From assembly GCA_963718915.1 (NCBI GenBank), contig CAVRAI010000015.1, positions 780,001 to 812,000 of the forward strand: 32,000 bases of DNA, given 5' to 3'. This DNA is from an uncultured Chloroflexia bacterium. GTDB taxonomy: Bacteria; Chloroflexota; Ktedonobacteria; Ktedonobacterales; JADMIN01. Below are positions 1-10,766 of this stretch, piece by piece. Within the stretch, counting starts at the first letter, position 1. Each line of letters starts with the position of its first letter. The position numbers were made by a program, and so were the translations under genes. The notes under the pieces were generated by a model that worked only from the letters and a program-made list of their open reading frames with translations, did not search any database and was not told the DNA's origin.

Positions 1-216
1 GCGCGACGCTGGCGTTCCATCGAGAAGCAGTACCGCGTGCGCGGCGCGATAGTTGGCAGCGTCGGGGCGCTGGCCGCGGCGTTCATTGCGGTTGCCGGGA
101 TAGCGGTTCTGTTCTTCGGCTTCGGTGGCATCGCCTGGCTGGTCGTGAGTGTCGCACTCTCGTATGTATTTGCCATTGAGGAGGCGTGGGTGCTGCTCGT
201 GGAGATAAATCGCTAG
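1..216 (+). CDS. 3' end of a hypothetical membrane protein gene, truncated by the window edge
   Basis: Frame 1 is open from nt 1 to TAG at 214-216 (71 codons). It is absent from the ORF track because it has no start codon. The translation ...GAIVGSVGALAAAFIAVAGIAVLFFGFGGIAWLVVSVALSYVFAIEEAWVLLVEINR has two hydrophobic helix-like segments. Third codon positions are GC-rich, like neighbouring genes. Confidence 0.45.
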   Translation, partial: ARRWRSIEKQYRVRGAIVGSVGALAAAFIAVAGIAVLFFGFGGIAWLVVSVALSYVFAIEEAWVLLVEINR

Positions 217-313
217 CCAGCCTTCCAATCGGGGCAGCCTGGCGGAGAATTAGCAGGTGAGTCACATATCTCATTCTCATTGATTGATCCTCCACACAAA
301 CGAGGTAGATTCT

Positions 314-1054
314 ATGAAACGCGCATCTGGCAGGCATCTCACCACACAGGGCGCTGACCTGATTGATCTGGTAATCGCTCGTGTCCGCGAAGACCCACAC
401 TGCATCTCAGGGTTCTGCGGCGACCATCCCCTGCCGCATCCACAGCCGCTCGCGCCTGAAGTCATCGCCCAACTGGCTTTTCCGAGTGGCAAGCCGCTGC
501 CGCCAAGTTTGAAACGATGGCTTGCCTTCGATGCGGGCTGGCTCGAACGCTTCGGCTGGTTCTCGTCGCTGGAGCCGCCGACCTTCTCCCCGCGCAGCAT
601 TGGCCAGATTGCCGACGATGAATTTGGCCGCGACTACGAATTGATCAAACAAATTACAGGGACAGAAGGCGACCTCAACTTCTACGCCGGGCTGGATGAG
701 CGGCTGGCGGAATGTTTCCTGCTGCCCGAAGGCTCCGACTCGCGCCGCATCTTCGCCGTGACCGAGCCGGACGAACTGGGGGAATATCCGGTGATGGTGA
801 TAGATGAGGATGATGTCCCCTATGCCGCGATCATGTATCCCGGCTTCGATGTCTATATGGCCGATCTGGCGGGCCTGCTCGACCTCGACTTCGATACGTA
901 TGAGTCCCTGCACGACGACAAACGCTATCAGTCGCGCCTGCGCCAGCATGCCGCGCTCATTTTTTACGGCAAGCCCAGCGCCGAGATGCAGGATCCGGAA
1001 TGGTACGGCGAGGAGGGCTGGCCTGACGGCGAGAATGAAGAGGTCAATAGCTAG
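314..1054 (+). CDS. Hypothetical cytoplasmic protein, tentatively SMI1/KNR4 (SUKH)-like, with an acidic C-terminal tail
   Basis: ORF 284..1054. I prefer the internal ATG at 314 (MKRASG...), which has GAGG 8 nt upstream, over the TTG at 284. The segment ...IAQLAFPSGKPLPPSLKRWLAFDAGW... and the later ...LLPEGSDSRRIFAV...YPVMVIDEDD resemble SMI1/KNR4 motifs. The family call is weak. Confidence 0.6.
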   Translation: MKRASGRHLTTQGADLIDLVIARVREDPHCISGFCGDHPLPHPQPLAPEVIAQLAFPSGKPLPPSLKRWLAFDAGWLERFGWFSSLEPPTFSPRSIGQIADDEFGRDYELIKQITGTEGDLNFYAGLDERLAECFLLPEGSDSRRIFAVTEPDELGEYPVMVIDEDDVPYAAIMYPGFDVYMADLAGLLDLDFDTYESLHDDKRYQSRLRQHAALIFYGKPSAEMQDPEWYGEEGWPDGENEEVNS

Positions 1055-1229
1055 CGCGCATGGGCTTCGCGAAAGAACGACGCCCGTCCAGTGGGCTACC
1101 CTCCCAGCCACTGACGGCGAAGGAAGTGGACTTCCTGAAATCGCGGCAAATGGCTCTGGCGAGTGTCCCGGCAAGTGGATACATTCTAGCGGGGGATATG
1201 TCCGGAGCGCGAAATGGGAGGGGAAGAGC

Positions 1230-2172
1230 ATGCTGGACGAGGCATTCTATGAGTTGTTGCAGGAAACAGGTGGCGCGATCTTCCAGGCAGTGGCCGATAT
1301 GCGTGCGCGTTTAGGGGTGGAGGATGAGCCACCGCCACCTCTGCTCCAACTGCGCGGCGGGCTGGCGGAAAGCCCAGGCTGGTATCTCGTGCAGGCGGTC
1401 GAATTCGCGCCAGAACCATTGACCGTCGAACGGCTGCGCGTGCGTGATATCTACGCCTCCGAGCGGATCGCGCAGGCGCTGCTGGAGATGATGGCGAGCG
1501 AGCGCTGGCTTGAGCGTATCGGCGATACGTATACGCTGACCGAGATGGGATGGGCGATGTCCAGACGTTCGCGCGAGCGGACGCGGAGCCTGCTGGCGGG
1601 CCTGGAACCGCTCCCTCCCGCTGACCTGGACATACCTGCTGACGCGGATCGAGCAGATTATCACCGCAAGCCTCGCGAGTCCCACGCCGCCGGGAAGCTG
1701 GTGTCTTGCCCACTCGCGCAACCGCGCGCCGGATGCCAGCGCGCCTCCACTCGCCCATCTGAGTCAGTACGTCAGCGACTTCAACGCCTTCCGCGATGAC
1801 GCGCATATGGCGGCGTGGCGGCCATACGAACAGAGTGGCGCTGCCTGGGAGGCGTTTTCCCTCGTCTGTGGCAGTGAGGTGACCTCGGTTGCGGCGATTG
1901 CGTCACAGCTTGCGCACCGTGGCTACTCGCCGAGCGAGTATGGCGCGTCGCTGGCGTCGCTGGCGCGGCGGGGCTGGCTGGAGTCAGCATCCGCCGATGG
2001 TGATTACCGTGTGACCGACGCGGGCCTGGCTATTCGCGCGTCGGTGGAGCGCCAGACTGACAGCTATTTCTATGCGCCGTGGTCGTCGCTTAACGAGTCC
2101 GAGATTGAGCGGCTAAAGGCCCTGCTGCTCCAGCTACAGGCCAACCTGCTCCAACCAGCGTCAGCGCGTTGA
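1230..2172 (+). pseudogene. Tandem winged-helix (MarR-like) regulator, reading frame broken near nt 1632
   Basis: ATG 1230 is preceded by GGGAGGGG. Frame 0 reads MLDEAFYELLQETGG...LAGLEPLPPADLD up to about 1631. The sequence continues sensibly only in frame 1 (YLLTRIEQIITASLASPTPPGSW...DDAHMAAWRPYEQSGAAWEAFSLV...RGWLESASADGDYRVTDAGLAIR...) to TGA at 2170-2172. Deleting one nt (a1632) joins the halves into about 313 aa. Both halves contain a wHTH-like 'RGWLE.....Y.LT..G' element. Confidence 0.6.
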
Positions 2173-2218
2173 ATCGGCGCTGATAGTTGCCCGTCTGCTG
2201 TTGTGGCGGTGTTGAGCA

Positions 2219-2338
2219 GAAGGCGAATTGCTGGCCGTCGGCATCCACCAGAATGGCGTCGCCATCGTGGAAGTCGCCGGAAAGCAGCCGCGCCGCCAGC
2301 GGAGCGGACACGAGCCAGTCTCGCAACATGGGATGCGC
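2219..2338 (-). pseudogene. Relic of a clpB-type AAA+ chaperone 3' end (C-terminal about 40 codons only)
   Basis: The minus-strand translation [36 protein letters not shown] parallels the C-terminus of the clpB at 4105-4200 ([32 protein letters not shown]). The DNA shares a 24-nt exact core gtcgccatcgtggaagtcgccgga (2258-2281 vs 4153-4176) within about 80% identity over about 85 nt. A TGA lies just upstream in frame and there is no AAA+ body. It sits in the convergent gap between two genes. Confidence 0.65.
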
Positions 2339-2368
2339 AAGACTGGCTCAATACCCCTCACGCTGTGC

Positions 2369-3412
2369 TCAGGAGAAGCCGACACAGGCGGCCCATACAG
2401 TCGGAACCAGGGGAATCAGTCCGTAGCCGGTAACGCCATAGATCGCGCCCTGCCAGCCACCAGTCGCCCCATGGAGCGTATAGAGATTGCCAATGTTGGG
2501 CGCGGTCCCATTACCAGCACGGTAGTCGAGTCCGCCACCAGCCACCGTCGTCCCAGTGGGACAGTTCACCGTGACGCTTCCCGTTGCGCTCGCATAGACG
2601 TAGCTGCCCGCCTGGCCGGGATAGCTCGCAAAGAACGGGACGCCCGTCAGGCACTCGGCGTAACCGATAGCGACACGCGCCGTCACGTCGTGGTTCTTCA
2701 CCCAGAAGTTCCACCACACCGCCTGCTCGAATGTCTCGGGATTGGTCGCCTGGAGTTCGAGATTGCCAGGCGATGCGCCGAGATCGAATCCGAAGCCTAC
2801 CGGAGCCTCATTGGCCTGGCAAAACTGGGTTAGCGTATTGGTCTTATTGGGTTGCACCGTGGAGTCAACCTCGCGTTGCATGATGACGGCCCCCGGCGCG
2901 CCCGCAAGGCACTCAACGTAGGCGGTGAAGCTGGTATCGTCTTGCGGAGCGCCCGCAACCTGCTGATTGACAGCAGCCGGAGTGTACGTATAGACGGTCC
3001 AGGTATTCCCGGTGAGTAGCGCCTTGAAGACCCGCTTGGTCTGGGGGACGCTCCATCCGCCGCCAAGCGCGATCTCGCCAGTGGGGCAGCTTGCCGCCAC
3101 GGGAGGAGTAACGGCAGTGATTGGTACCACCGTATGAGCCACCTCGTGGATAGATGGCGTCGTACTGGAGATGGTTCCGGATGGAAGCGTCGGCTGCACT
3201 TTGACAGTCGCAGAGGTCGAAGTTGGGCTGGCTGAGACAGTAGGCGTCTGCCCTGTTTTGCCTGCCGTCGGGCTGGCAGCCGCCAAACCTTGAACAGCTG
3301 TCGCGTCACATCCCACAAGCAGGATAGATAAGATGGAGACAACTGCGATCGCCGCGATATTGCCCAACAGCATTGGGTGGCGGCGGCCCGCCTTTTGATG
3401 TGATAGCTGCAT
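2369..3412 (-). CDS. Hypothetical lipoprotein with internally duplicated Cys-containing domain
   Basis: 347-aa ORF. The N-terminus MQLSHQKAGRRHPMLLGNIAAIAVVSILSILLVGC has a signal peptide plus a lipobox (LLVGC). A Ser/Thr/Pro-rich linker follows. Two related modules are present: CPTGEIALGGGW... and CPTGTTVAGGGLDY.... The RBS GACGGAGA lies upstream of ATG 3412. Confidence 0.8.
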   Translation of the reverse strand: MQLSHQKAGRRHPMLLGNIAAIAVVSILSILLVGCDATAVQGLAAASPTAGKTGQTPTVSASPTSTSATVKVQPTLPSGTISSTTPSIHEVAHTVVPITAVTPPVAASCPTGEIALGGGWSVPQTKRVFKALLTGNTWTVYTYTPAAVNQQVAGAPQDDTSFTAYVECLAGAPGAVIMQREVDSTVQPNKTNTLTQFCQANEAPVGFGFDLGASPGNLELQATNPETFEQAVWWNFWVKNHDVTARVAIGYAECLTGVPFFASYPGQAGSYVYASATGSVTVNCPTGTTVAGGGLDYRAGNGTAPNIGNLYTLHGATGGWQGAIYGVTGYGLIPLVPTVWAACVGFS

Positions 3413-3783
3413 AGCATCAATCTCCGTCTGTCTCTCACTCGCGTTCTTGCGCCTTACCAGTGGCGCTCACAGGGTCAAAAACGACGCGAGCCAACTACTC
3501 AAGCAGCCATAGAGTAGCCGAGCGAGAGGAGATATCTCATCGGCGGAAACACCCATCTTGGGGTTCGGCATCACCTATATTGGAGGTGACGGACAGTATT
3601 GAGGCGCGAGACAATCGTGCCGGATCCGAGAAGCCTTGCTACAGCAGTTAGAAGACAGTATGGTTCGGGTGACGCCAGTTCAATTGAAGGATTGCGAAAA
3701 TACGCTCTCTACGCCAATGCAATTGCGCTCAGGCTCTTCAATCCTTGTGGAGTTTATCCGTTTTGAGTTGTCGTTTACGCAAG

Positions 3784-3833
3784 CCCTAGCGTTTACGCTA
3801 CGGCGAATTTCCTGGCTCATTCACCGATTCGCC
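3784..3833 (-). repeat. REP-like two-hairpin element, copy 1 (inverted relative to copy 2)
   Basis: Hairpin A is ccctagcg-ttta-cgctacgg (3784-3803, one mismatch). Hairpin B is ggcgaat-N18-attcgcc (3802-3833). The reverse complement aligns with copy 2 at 12469-12511. The 18-nt tagcgtttacgctacggc is identical in both copies. Confidence 0.6.
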
Positions 3834-3933
3834 GAGGCATTCAGACGCCGGAACACTTCCACAATCTACAACATCTCGGACAAAAGCAGCATCATTTGGC
3901 TAGGAGGTACAGCCGCTTTAGAGTTCTCACGGT

Positions 3934-6687
<2,754 letters not shown>

Positions 6688-6691
<4 letters not shown>

Positions 6692-7689
6692 CGGAAGCCT
6701 CCTTGTGGCGTGGGCAGGTCGAGCGCCAGCACCTCCATCGTCAGCCGTGGGTTGGCGTTCGCCTCCAGCGCCAGTTGCGCGTCGAGCAGCGTCCGCAGAA
6801 ACGCCTGCGCGCGTTCCACGCCCAATGCGCGGCCTAGTCGCTCCGCCTGCTTCCGCAACGCGCCTGAAGTCACCAGATGGTTCGCCCCGCCCGCCGCCAG
6901 CACGACATCGCGCCACCAGAGTGTCCACAGTTCCAGCACGCGCCGCGCCGACTCCACATCCGAGCCGAGCGCGCCTGCCCGTCGCAGCCGTTCATCGCGT
7001 GAGGCCGTTGCCAGCCCGGCAAGCTCCTCGAGTTCATGGATGCGCTGCTCCCGCAGTTCAGGCTTCTCCGCGGCGCGCACAGCCCAGCCGAGCCGCCCAT
7101 TCGCCAGCCCCGCCAGCGTATGCGCCTCAACGTCGGGTACCCGCCACCGCTCGGAAAGCGCGCGCGCCACCTCGTCCGGGGAGAGCGGCAGCATAGGCAC
7201 GATCTGGCAGCGCGAGAGAACCGTGGGGAGCAGCGTCTCCGGCTCGGAGCTAGTCAACAGCAGGATGACCTGTGGCGCGGGTTCTTCCAGCGTCTTCAGC
7301 AACGCATTCATCCCAGCCAGTACCATCCGCTCGATGTCGGGAATCACAAAGATGCGCCAGCGTCCCTCAGTCGGCGCGAGGCTCGTCATTCGGATCATGT
7401 CACGAACGAGCTCGACTTTGAGCGTGCGTTCATCCTTCTTCGGTTCGATCAGTGTGACGTCGGGATGGTTGGCGTGGGCGATCTTCCGACAGGACAGACA
7501 CTCGCCGCATGGATCGCTGTCGGTGGGAGCGCGCCCGGTGCATTGCAGCAGGCGGGCAAATTCGAGCGCCAGCGTCGTTTTGCCGATATCTGAAGGGCCA
7601 GTCAATAGCCATGCGTGGCTCACGGCGTCGCCCAGCGCAGCGCGCTCCAGACGCGCCCGCGCCTGGTGATTGCCATAGACAGCACGCAT
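6688..7689 (-). CDS. holB: DNA polymerase III delta-prime subunit
   Basis: 333 aa: ...[28 protein letters not shown]...[23 protein letters not shown]...[10 protein letters not shown]...[18 protein letters not shown].... The RBS GAGGAGG lies upstream of ATG 7689. The stop TGA (6690-6688) overlaps the clpB GTG start (GTGA). Confidence 0.85.
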
Positions 7690-7767
7690 GTCCCGGCCTC
7701 CTCTCGACGACGATTGCGAACCAGTTGTTCACGCACATCATACAGCCGTATTGTATGTGTTGTGGCT

Positions 7768-7784
7768 GGTATCATCATGATACC
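7768..7784. promoter_or_regulatory. 17-bp perfect palindrome GGTATCAT-C-ATGATACC in the divergent holB / LON-N-domain intergenic region (candidate operator)
   Basis: Read directly from the sequence. It lies 79 nt upstream of holB ATG 7689 and 78 nt upstream of GTG 7862. It does not match the CIRCE, HAIR or CtsR consensus as I remember them. Confidence 0.3.
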
Positions 7785-7861
7785 CCGTTTGTTGGTGCGT
7801 GCACGGCTCTGGAATGGATGGTTGCAACGATCGCTGAAGTGGTAACAAAGGGGGGTATACC

Positions 7862-8512
7862 GTGGCTGGCGCTTTGCTGGAGATACCGCTGTTTCCACTT
7901 CACGTTGTGCTCTTTCCGGGAATGGCGCTGCCGGTACACATCTTCGAGCCTCGCTATCGCCGTATGACCAGCGATTGTCTGGATTCCAATCTTCCGATAG
8001 GCATTGTGCTGGCGATGCCTGGAAGCATCCATGGCCACGAGATTCCCGCTCCCGTGGGGACATTCGCGCGCATCGTTGACTACGAGCGGCTGGCCGACGG
8101 CCGTTATAACCTGCTCACCATTGGCACACAGCGTTTTCGCATCGTTGAGGCGTCGCGCGATAACCAACTTTATCTGATGGGCAGGGTCGAGCCACTGGAT
8201 GACGTGCCCGACGCCGATGCGCGCGAACAGGCCTATCTGGCGGCGGAGGCGCATGAGGCGCTGGCGGTCTATCTACGCACGGTGCTGACGTTGCTTGGCA
8301 GCGAGGAACGCGCCATCGCGGTGCCTGAGGACGCCGCCGACCTCTCCTATCTCATCGCCACCTGTCTCGGTTGTGATGACGACCAGAAGCAGCGGATACT
8401 GGAAATCACCTCGATTTCGGCCAGACTCACCGCAGGCATCCATGGCCTGCGCGCCGAGATTGAAGCGCTGGAGCGTCAGAGCGAAGATGGCGACCACGAT
8501 TCCCTCAATTGA
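7862..8512 (+). CDS. LON N-terminal (substrate-binding, PUA-like) domain protein
   Basis: 216 aa: LLEIPLFPLHVVLFPGMALPVHIFEPRYRRM...PIGIVL...GTFARIVDYERLADGRYNLLTIGTQRFRIVE. It starts at GTG with AGGGGGG upstream. There is no AAA+ or protease domain. Confidence 0.85.
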   Translation: MAGALLEIPLFPLHVVLFPGMALPVHIFEPRYRRMTSDCLDSNLPIGIVLAMPGSIHGHEIPAPVGTFARIVDYERLADGRYNLLTIGTQRFRIVEASRDNQLYLMGRVEPLDDVPDADAREQAYLAAEAHEALAVYLRTVLTLLGSEERAIAVPEDAADLSYLIATCLGCDDDQKQRILEITSISARLTAGIHGLRAEIEALERQSEDGDHDSLN

Positions 8513-8924
8513 CTCTAGCCTCTTGCCTGCTGTCGCGAAGCTTGTTCATGTCTCTACTCTACTGTCTATTTTGTCAAATGGTCTGACACCAATAGTGCTT
8601 GCGTTGCATTGGCGCCGACATGTGAGATGATGCGATAGTACAACCTGTCCAGGGGGTGATCACAGAGAGCGTATCGTGTCATGATAGAGTGGGAAGACAA
8701 GCGGGCATGGCAGAGGCTAATGAAAGCGAGCAAGCGATATCGGGGGCGGATATGGTATTTGAGTCCGCTACAGACCAGAGATTCGAACATATATCAACGT
8801 GTAGGCTGCACGTACAATGCCTGAGCGACAGAAGATCGTGTGACTGAGCTCTTGTGTCGTGCTGGACGCATGAGTAACAACGTCGGTGGGTAGCTGTGTC
8901 ATTCTTGAAAATTGGGAGACAAAG

Positions 8925-10745
8925 ATGCCATTTACCGTCCAGCACCTTATTGAAGGACGCGCTGCACCAGTTACAGCGCGACCAGAAGAATCCGCCTCGG
9001 CAGCGTTAGAGCGAATGATTGAGCAAGATTTCAGTCAGTTGCCTGTCGTTGATGACAACGATACTGTGCTCGGCGTTGTCACAAGCGATTCCCTGGCTCG
9101 TGCCGTCAATAATTTGGGTGTTCCACTTTCTGCGCTCCATGTTGCCGATGCGCTGGATCGTAAACCTGAGGTTCGCGCAGAGGACGATCTATTTGATGTC
9201 CTTGACGATCTTAGTAAGGCATACGCTGTTTTGATCGTGGATGGTCATCGACATTTGCAAGGCATTGTGACCAGCTACGACGCGATGGAGTATTTTCGAC
9301 GACGTGCCCAGGATACGATGCTCGTCGAAGATATCGAACTTATGCTACGTGAACTCATTCGCGCGGCATTCACCGACGGCGACGGCATTGTGCAGCAGTC
9401 GCAACTGGATGAGGCCATCGAAATGGTCACCGATCCAACACGAGGACTGGCTGATCGCTTTGAGACAGGGCTACGCCAATACCTGAACCTACAGAATCTT
9501 GATGGTAAGCCAGTATCGCTCAACCGAGAATGGGTGGCGCAGTCTTTTGGTCGCATGGTTGATCGAGTACCTACCAAATCGTTCGATCAACTGGCCCTGA
9601 GTGAGTTCATCGAACTCATTGTAAACAGGTCGCAGTGGGATCGCTACAGCAGCCTCTTCAACCTCGACACGGCAGCAGTGCGACAAATGCTGGATAGAGT
9701 GCGGAGGACGCGCAATGATTTAGCACATTTCCGCGGTCAAATCTCAGCCATGCAGCGCGATCATCTACAATACTGCGCCCGATGGCTCACGTATCACCTC
9801 TCCCCTTTTGAAAAGCGCCAGCTAGCTCAATCTAGCAGGGTTGCTCTTCCTGATGAGGTGGTTCATGTCAGTCACGCGAGTAGTGGCGCCGTAGCAGATG
9901 TTGCCGATGCTGGAGATCTGGAACAAAACGGAGAGGTCCCTGAGGAAGCTATCGAGCCACGAGATAGTAGATATGCCCCACTCGCCCTCTTCCTGAAAGG
10001 GCAGATTCGCGACCGCGAGCGGGTGACGCTGACCTTTTCGGAGATTGAGAACATCATCAAAGAACCTTTGCCACCAACTGCCCGAGAGCACAGATCTTTC
10101 TGGGCAAACGACAGCGTTGGCCATGTGCAATCGCGGCAATGGCTGGATGTCGATTGGCGGGTGTCAAGTGTTGATATGTCGAGCGAGGTGATTGTCTTCA
10201 CCCGCATCAAGGAGCGCGAGAAGCTGTATATCGCCTTCTTTAGCGCACTGCTGGCGTCGGTACGGGAGCATACGCCATTTCCAATACGGAACGTCTCTCC
10301 CGATGGCCAAAGCTGGATTACCGTCGCGGGAATACCGACTCAAGGCCCGCAGGTTGCCACATTCGCATTTTCGTTTGCACGCAATCAGCGCTTCCGCATC
10401 GAGCTCTATATCGACAAGAGTGACAAAGCCAGCAACAAGCGTATCTTCGACTATTTGTATTCTAAGCGACATGAGATCGATGACACGCTATTGCCAGACA
10501 GAAATGACTCTCTGGCCAACCCATTCAGTATTACCATGGGTTGGGAGCGACTTGATGATAGGCGCGCATCGCGCGTGGCGTTATACTGTCCAGCATCTAT
10601 CACGGATGATAAGAGCGATCTGGACCTTGTCATCTCATGGGCAGCAGGTACTGGACTGAACTTCGCGGAACTGATGAACCGGCTTGTCGCCGAAGCAATT
10701 CGTGAGGTTCGTTTGAGTGGCCTGGGTAATGGAAGTGCTGAATGA
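8925..10745 (+). CDS. Multidomain protein: CBS pair + Swt1-like HEPN (predicted RNase) + small 'YAPL..LTFSEIE' module + DUF4268-like C-terminal domain
   Basis: ATG 8925 has GGGAGA upstream; the protein is 606 aa.
- CBS1/CBS2: ...ALERMIEQDFSQLPVVDDNDTVLGVVTSDSL... and ...LFDVLDDLSKAYAVLIVDGHRHLQGIVTSYDAMEYF.
- HEPN: ...LSEFIELIVNRSQWDRYSSLF...MLDRVRRTRNDLAHFRG, with R-x4-H at nt 9711-9728.
- Small module: RYAPLALFLKGQ...VTLTFSEIENIIKEPLPPTAREHRSFWAND...HVQSRQWLDVDWRV..VD....VIVFTR.
- DUF4268-like: ...RFRIELYIDKSDKASNKRIFDYLYSKRHEIDDTL...WERLDDRRASRVALY....
GC is clearly lower than in the flanks. Confidence 0.85.
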   Translation: MPFTVQHLIEGRAAPVTARPEESASAALERMIEQDFSQLPVVDDNDTVLGVVTSDSLARAVNNLGVPLSALHVADALDRKPEVRAEDDLFDVLDDLSKAYAVLIVDGHRHLQGIVTSYDAMEYFRRRAQDTMLVEDIELMLRELIRAAFTDGDGIVQQSQLDEAIEMVTDPTRGLADRFETGLRQYLNLQNLDGKPVSLNREWVAQSFGRMVDRVPTKSFDQLALSEFIELIVNRSQWDRYSSLFNLDTAAVRQMLDRVRRTRNDLAHFRGQISAMQRDHLQYCARWLTYHLSPFEKRQLAQSSRVALPDEVVHVSHASSGAVADVADAGDLEQNGEVPEEAIEPRDSRYAPLALFLKGQIRDRERVTLTFSEIENIIKEPLPPTAREHRSFWANDSVGHVQSRQWLDVDWRVSSVDMSSEVIVFTRIKEREKLYIAFFSALLASVREHTPFPIRNVSPDGQSWITVAGIPTQGPQVATFAFSFARNQRFRIELYIDKSDKASNKRIFDYLYSKRHEIDDTLLPDRNDSLANPFSITMGWERLDDRRASRVALYCPASITDDKSDLDLVISWAAGTGLNFAELMNRLVAEAIREVRLSGLGNGSAE

Positions 10746-10766
10746 CAGAGTATTTCGTTCATTCTT

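Noticed and set aside
407-1231. Long antisense or shadow ORFs listed in the track. Examples are 407..1231(-), 5756..6319(+), 6593..7669(+), 11231..12208(-), 12394..12993(-), 19788..20675(+), 21107..21946(-) and 23426..23989(-).
   Set aside because: All lie opposite or out of frame to genes with clear family motifs. Their translations are Arg/Ala/Pro/Gly-rich low-complexity strings typical of non-coding frames in high-GC DNA. None has a convincing RBS.
8781-8800. A TTCGAAT motif on the minus strand that looks like a tRNA T-loop, which could mark a tRNA or an att-site remnant at the edge of the CBS-HEPN islet.
   Set aside because: The flanking 5-mers (ATATG and CTCTG) cannot form a T-stem, and no acceptor or anticodon arms can be drawn. 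No direct repeats flank the islet.
8707-8847. A 46-codon ATG ORF (MAEANESEQAISGADMVFESATDQ...) upstream of the CBS-HEPN gene, which could be an antitoxin-like partner.
   Set aside because: It has a poor RBS and no recognisable fold or motif, and it ends 77 nt before the big gene. The evidence is insufficient, so it is noted only within the leader finding.
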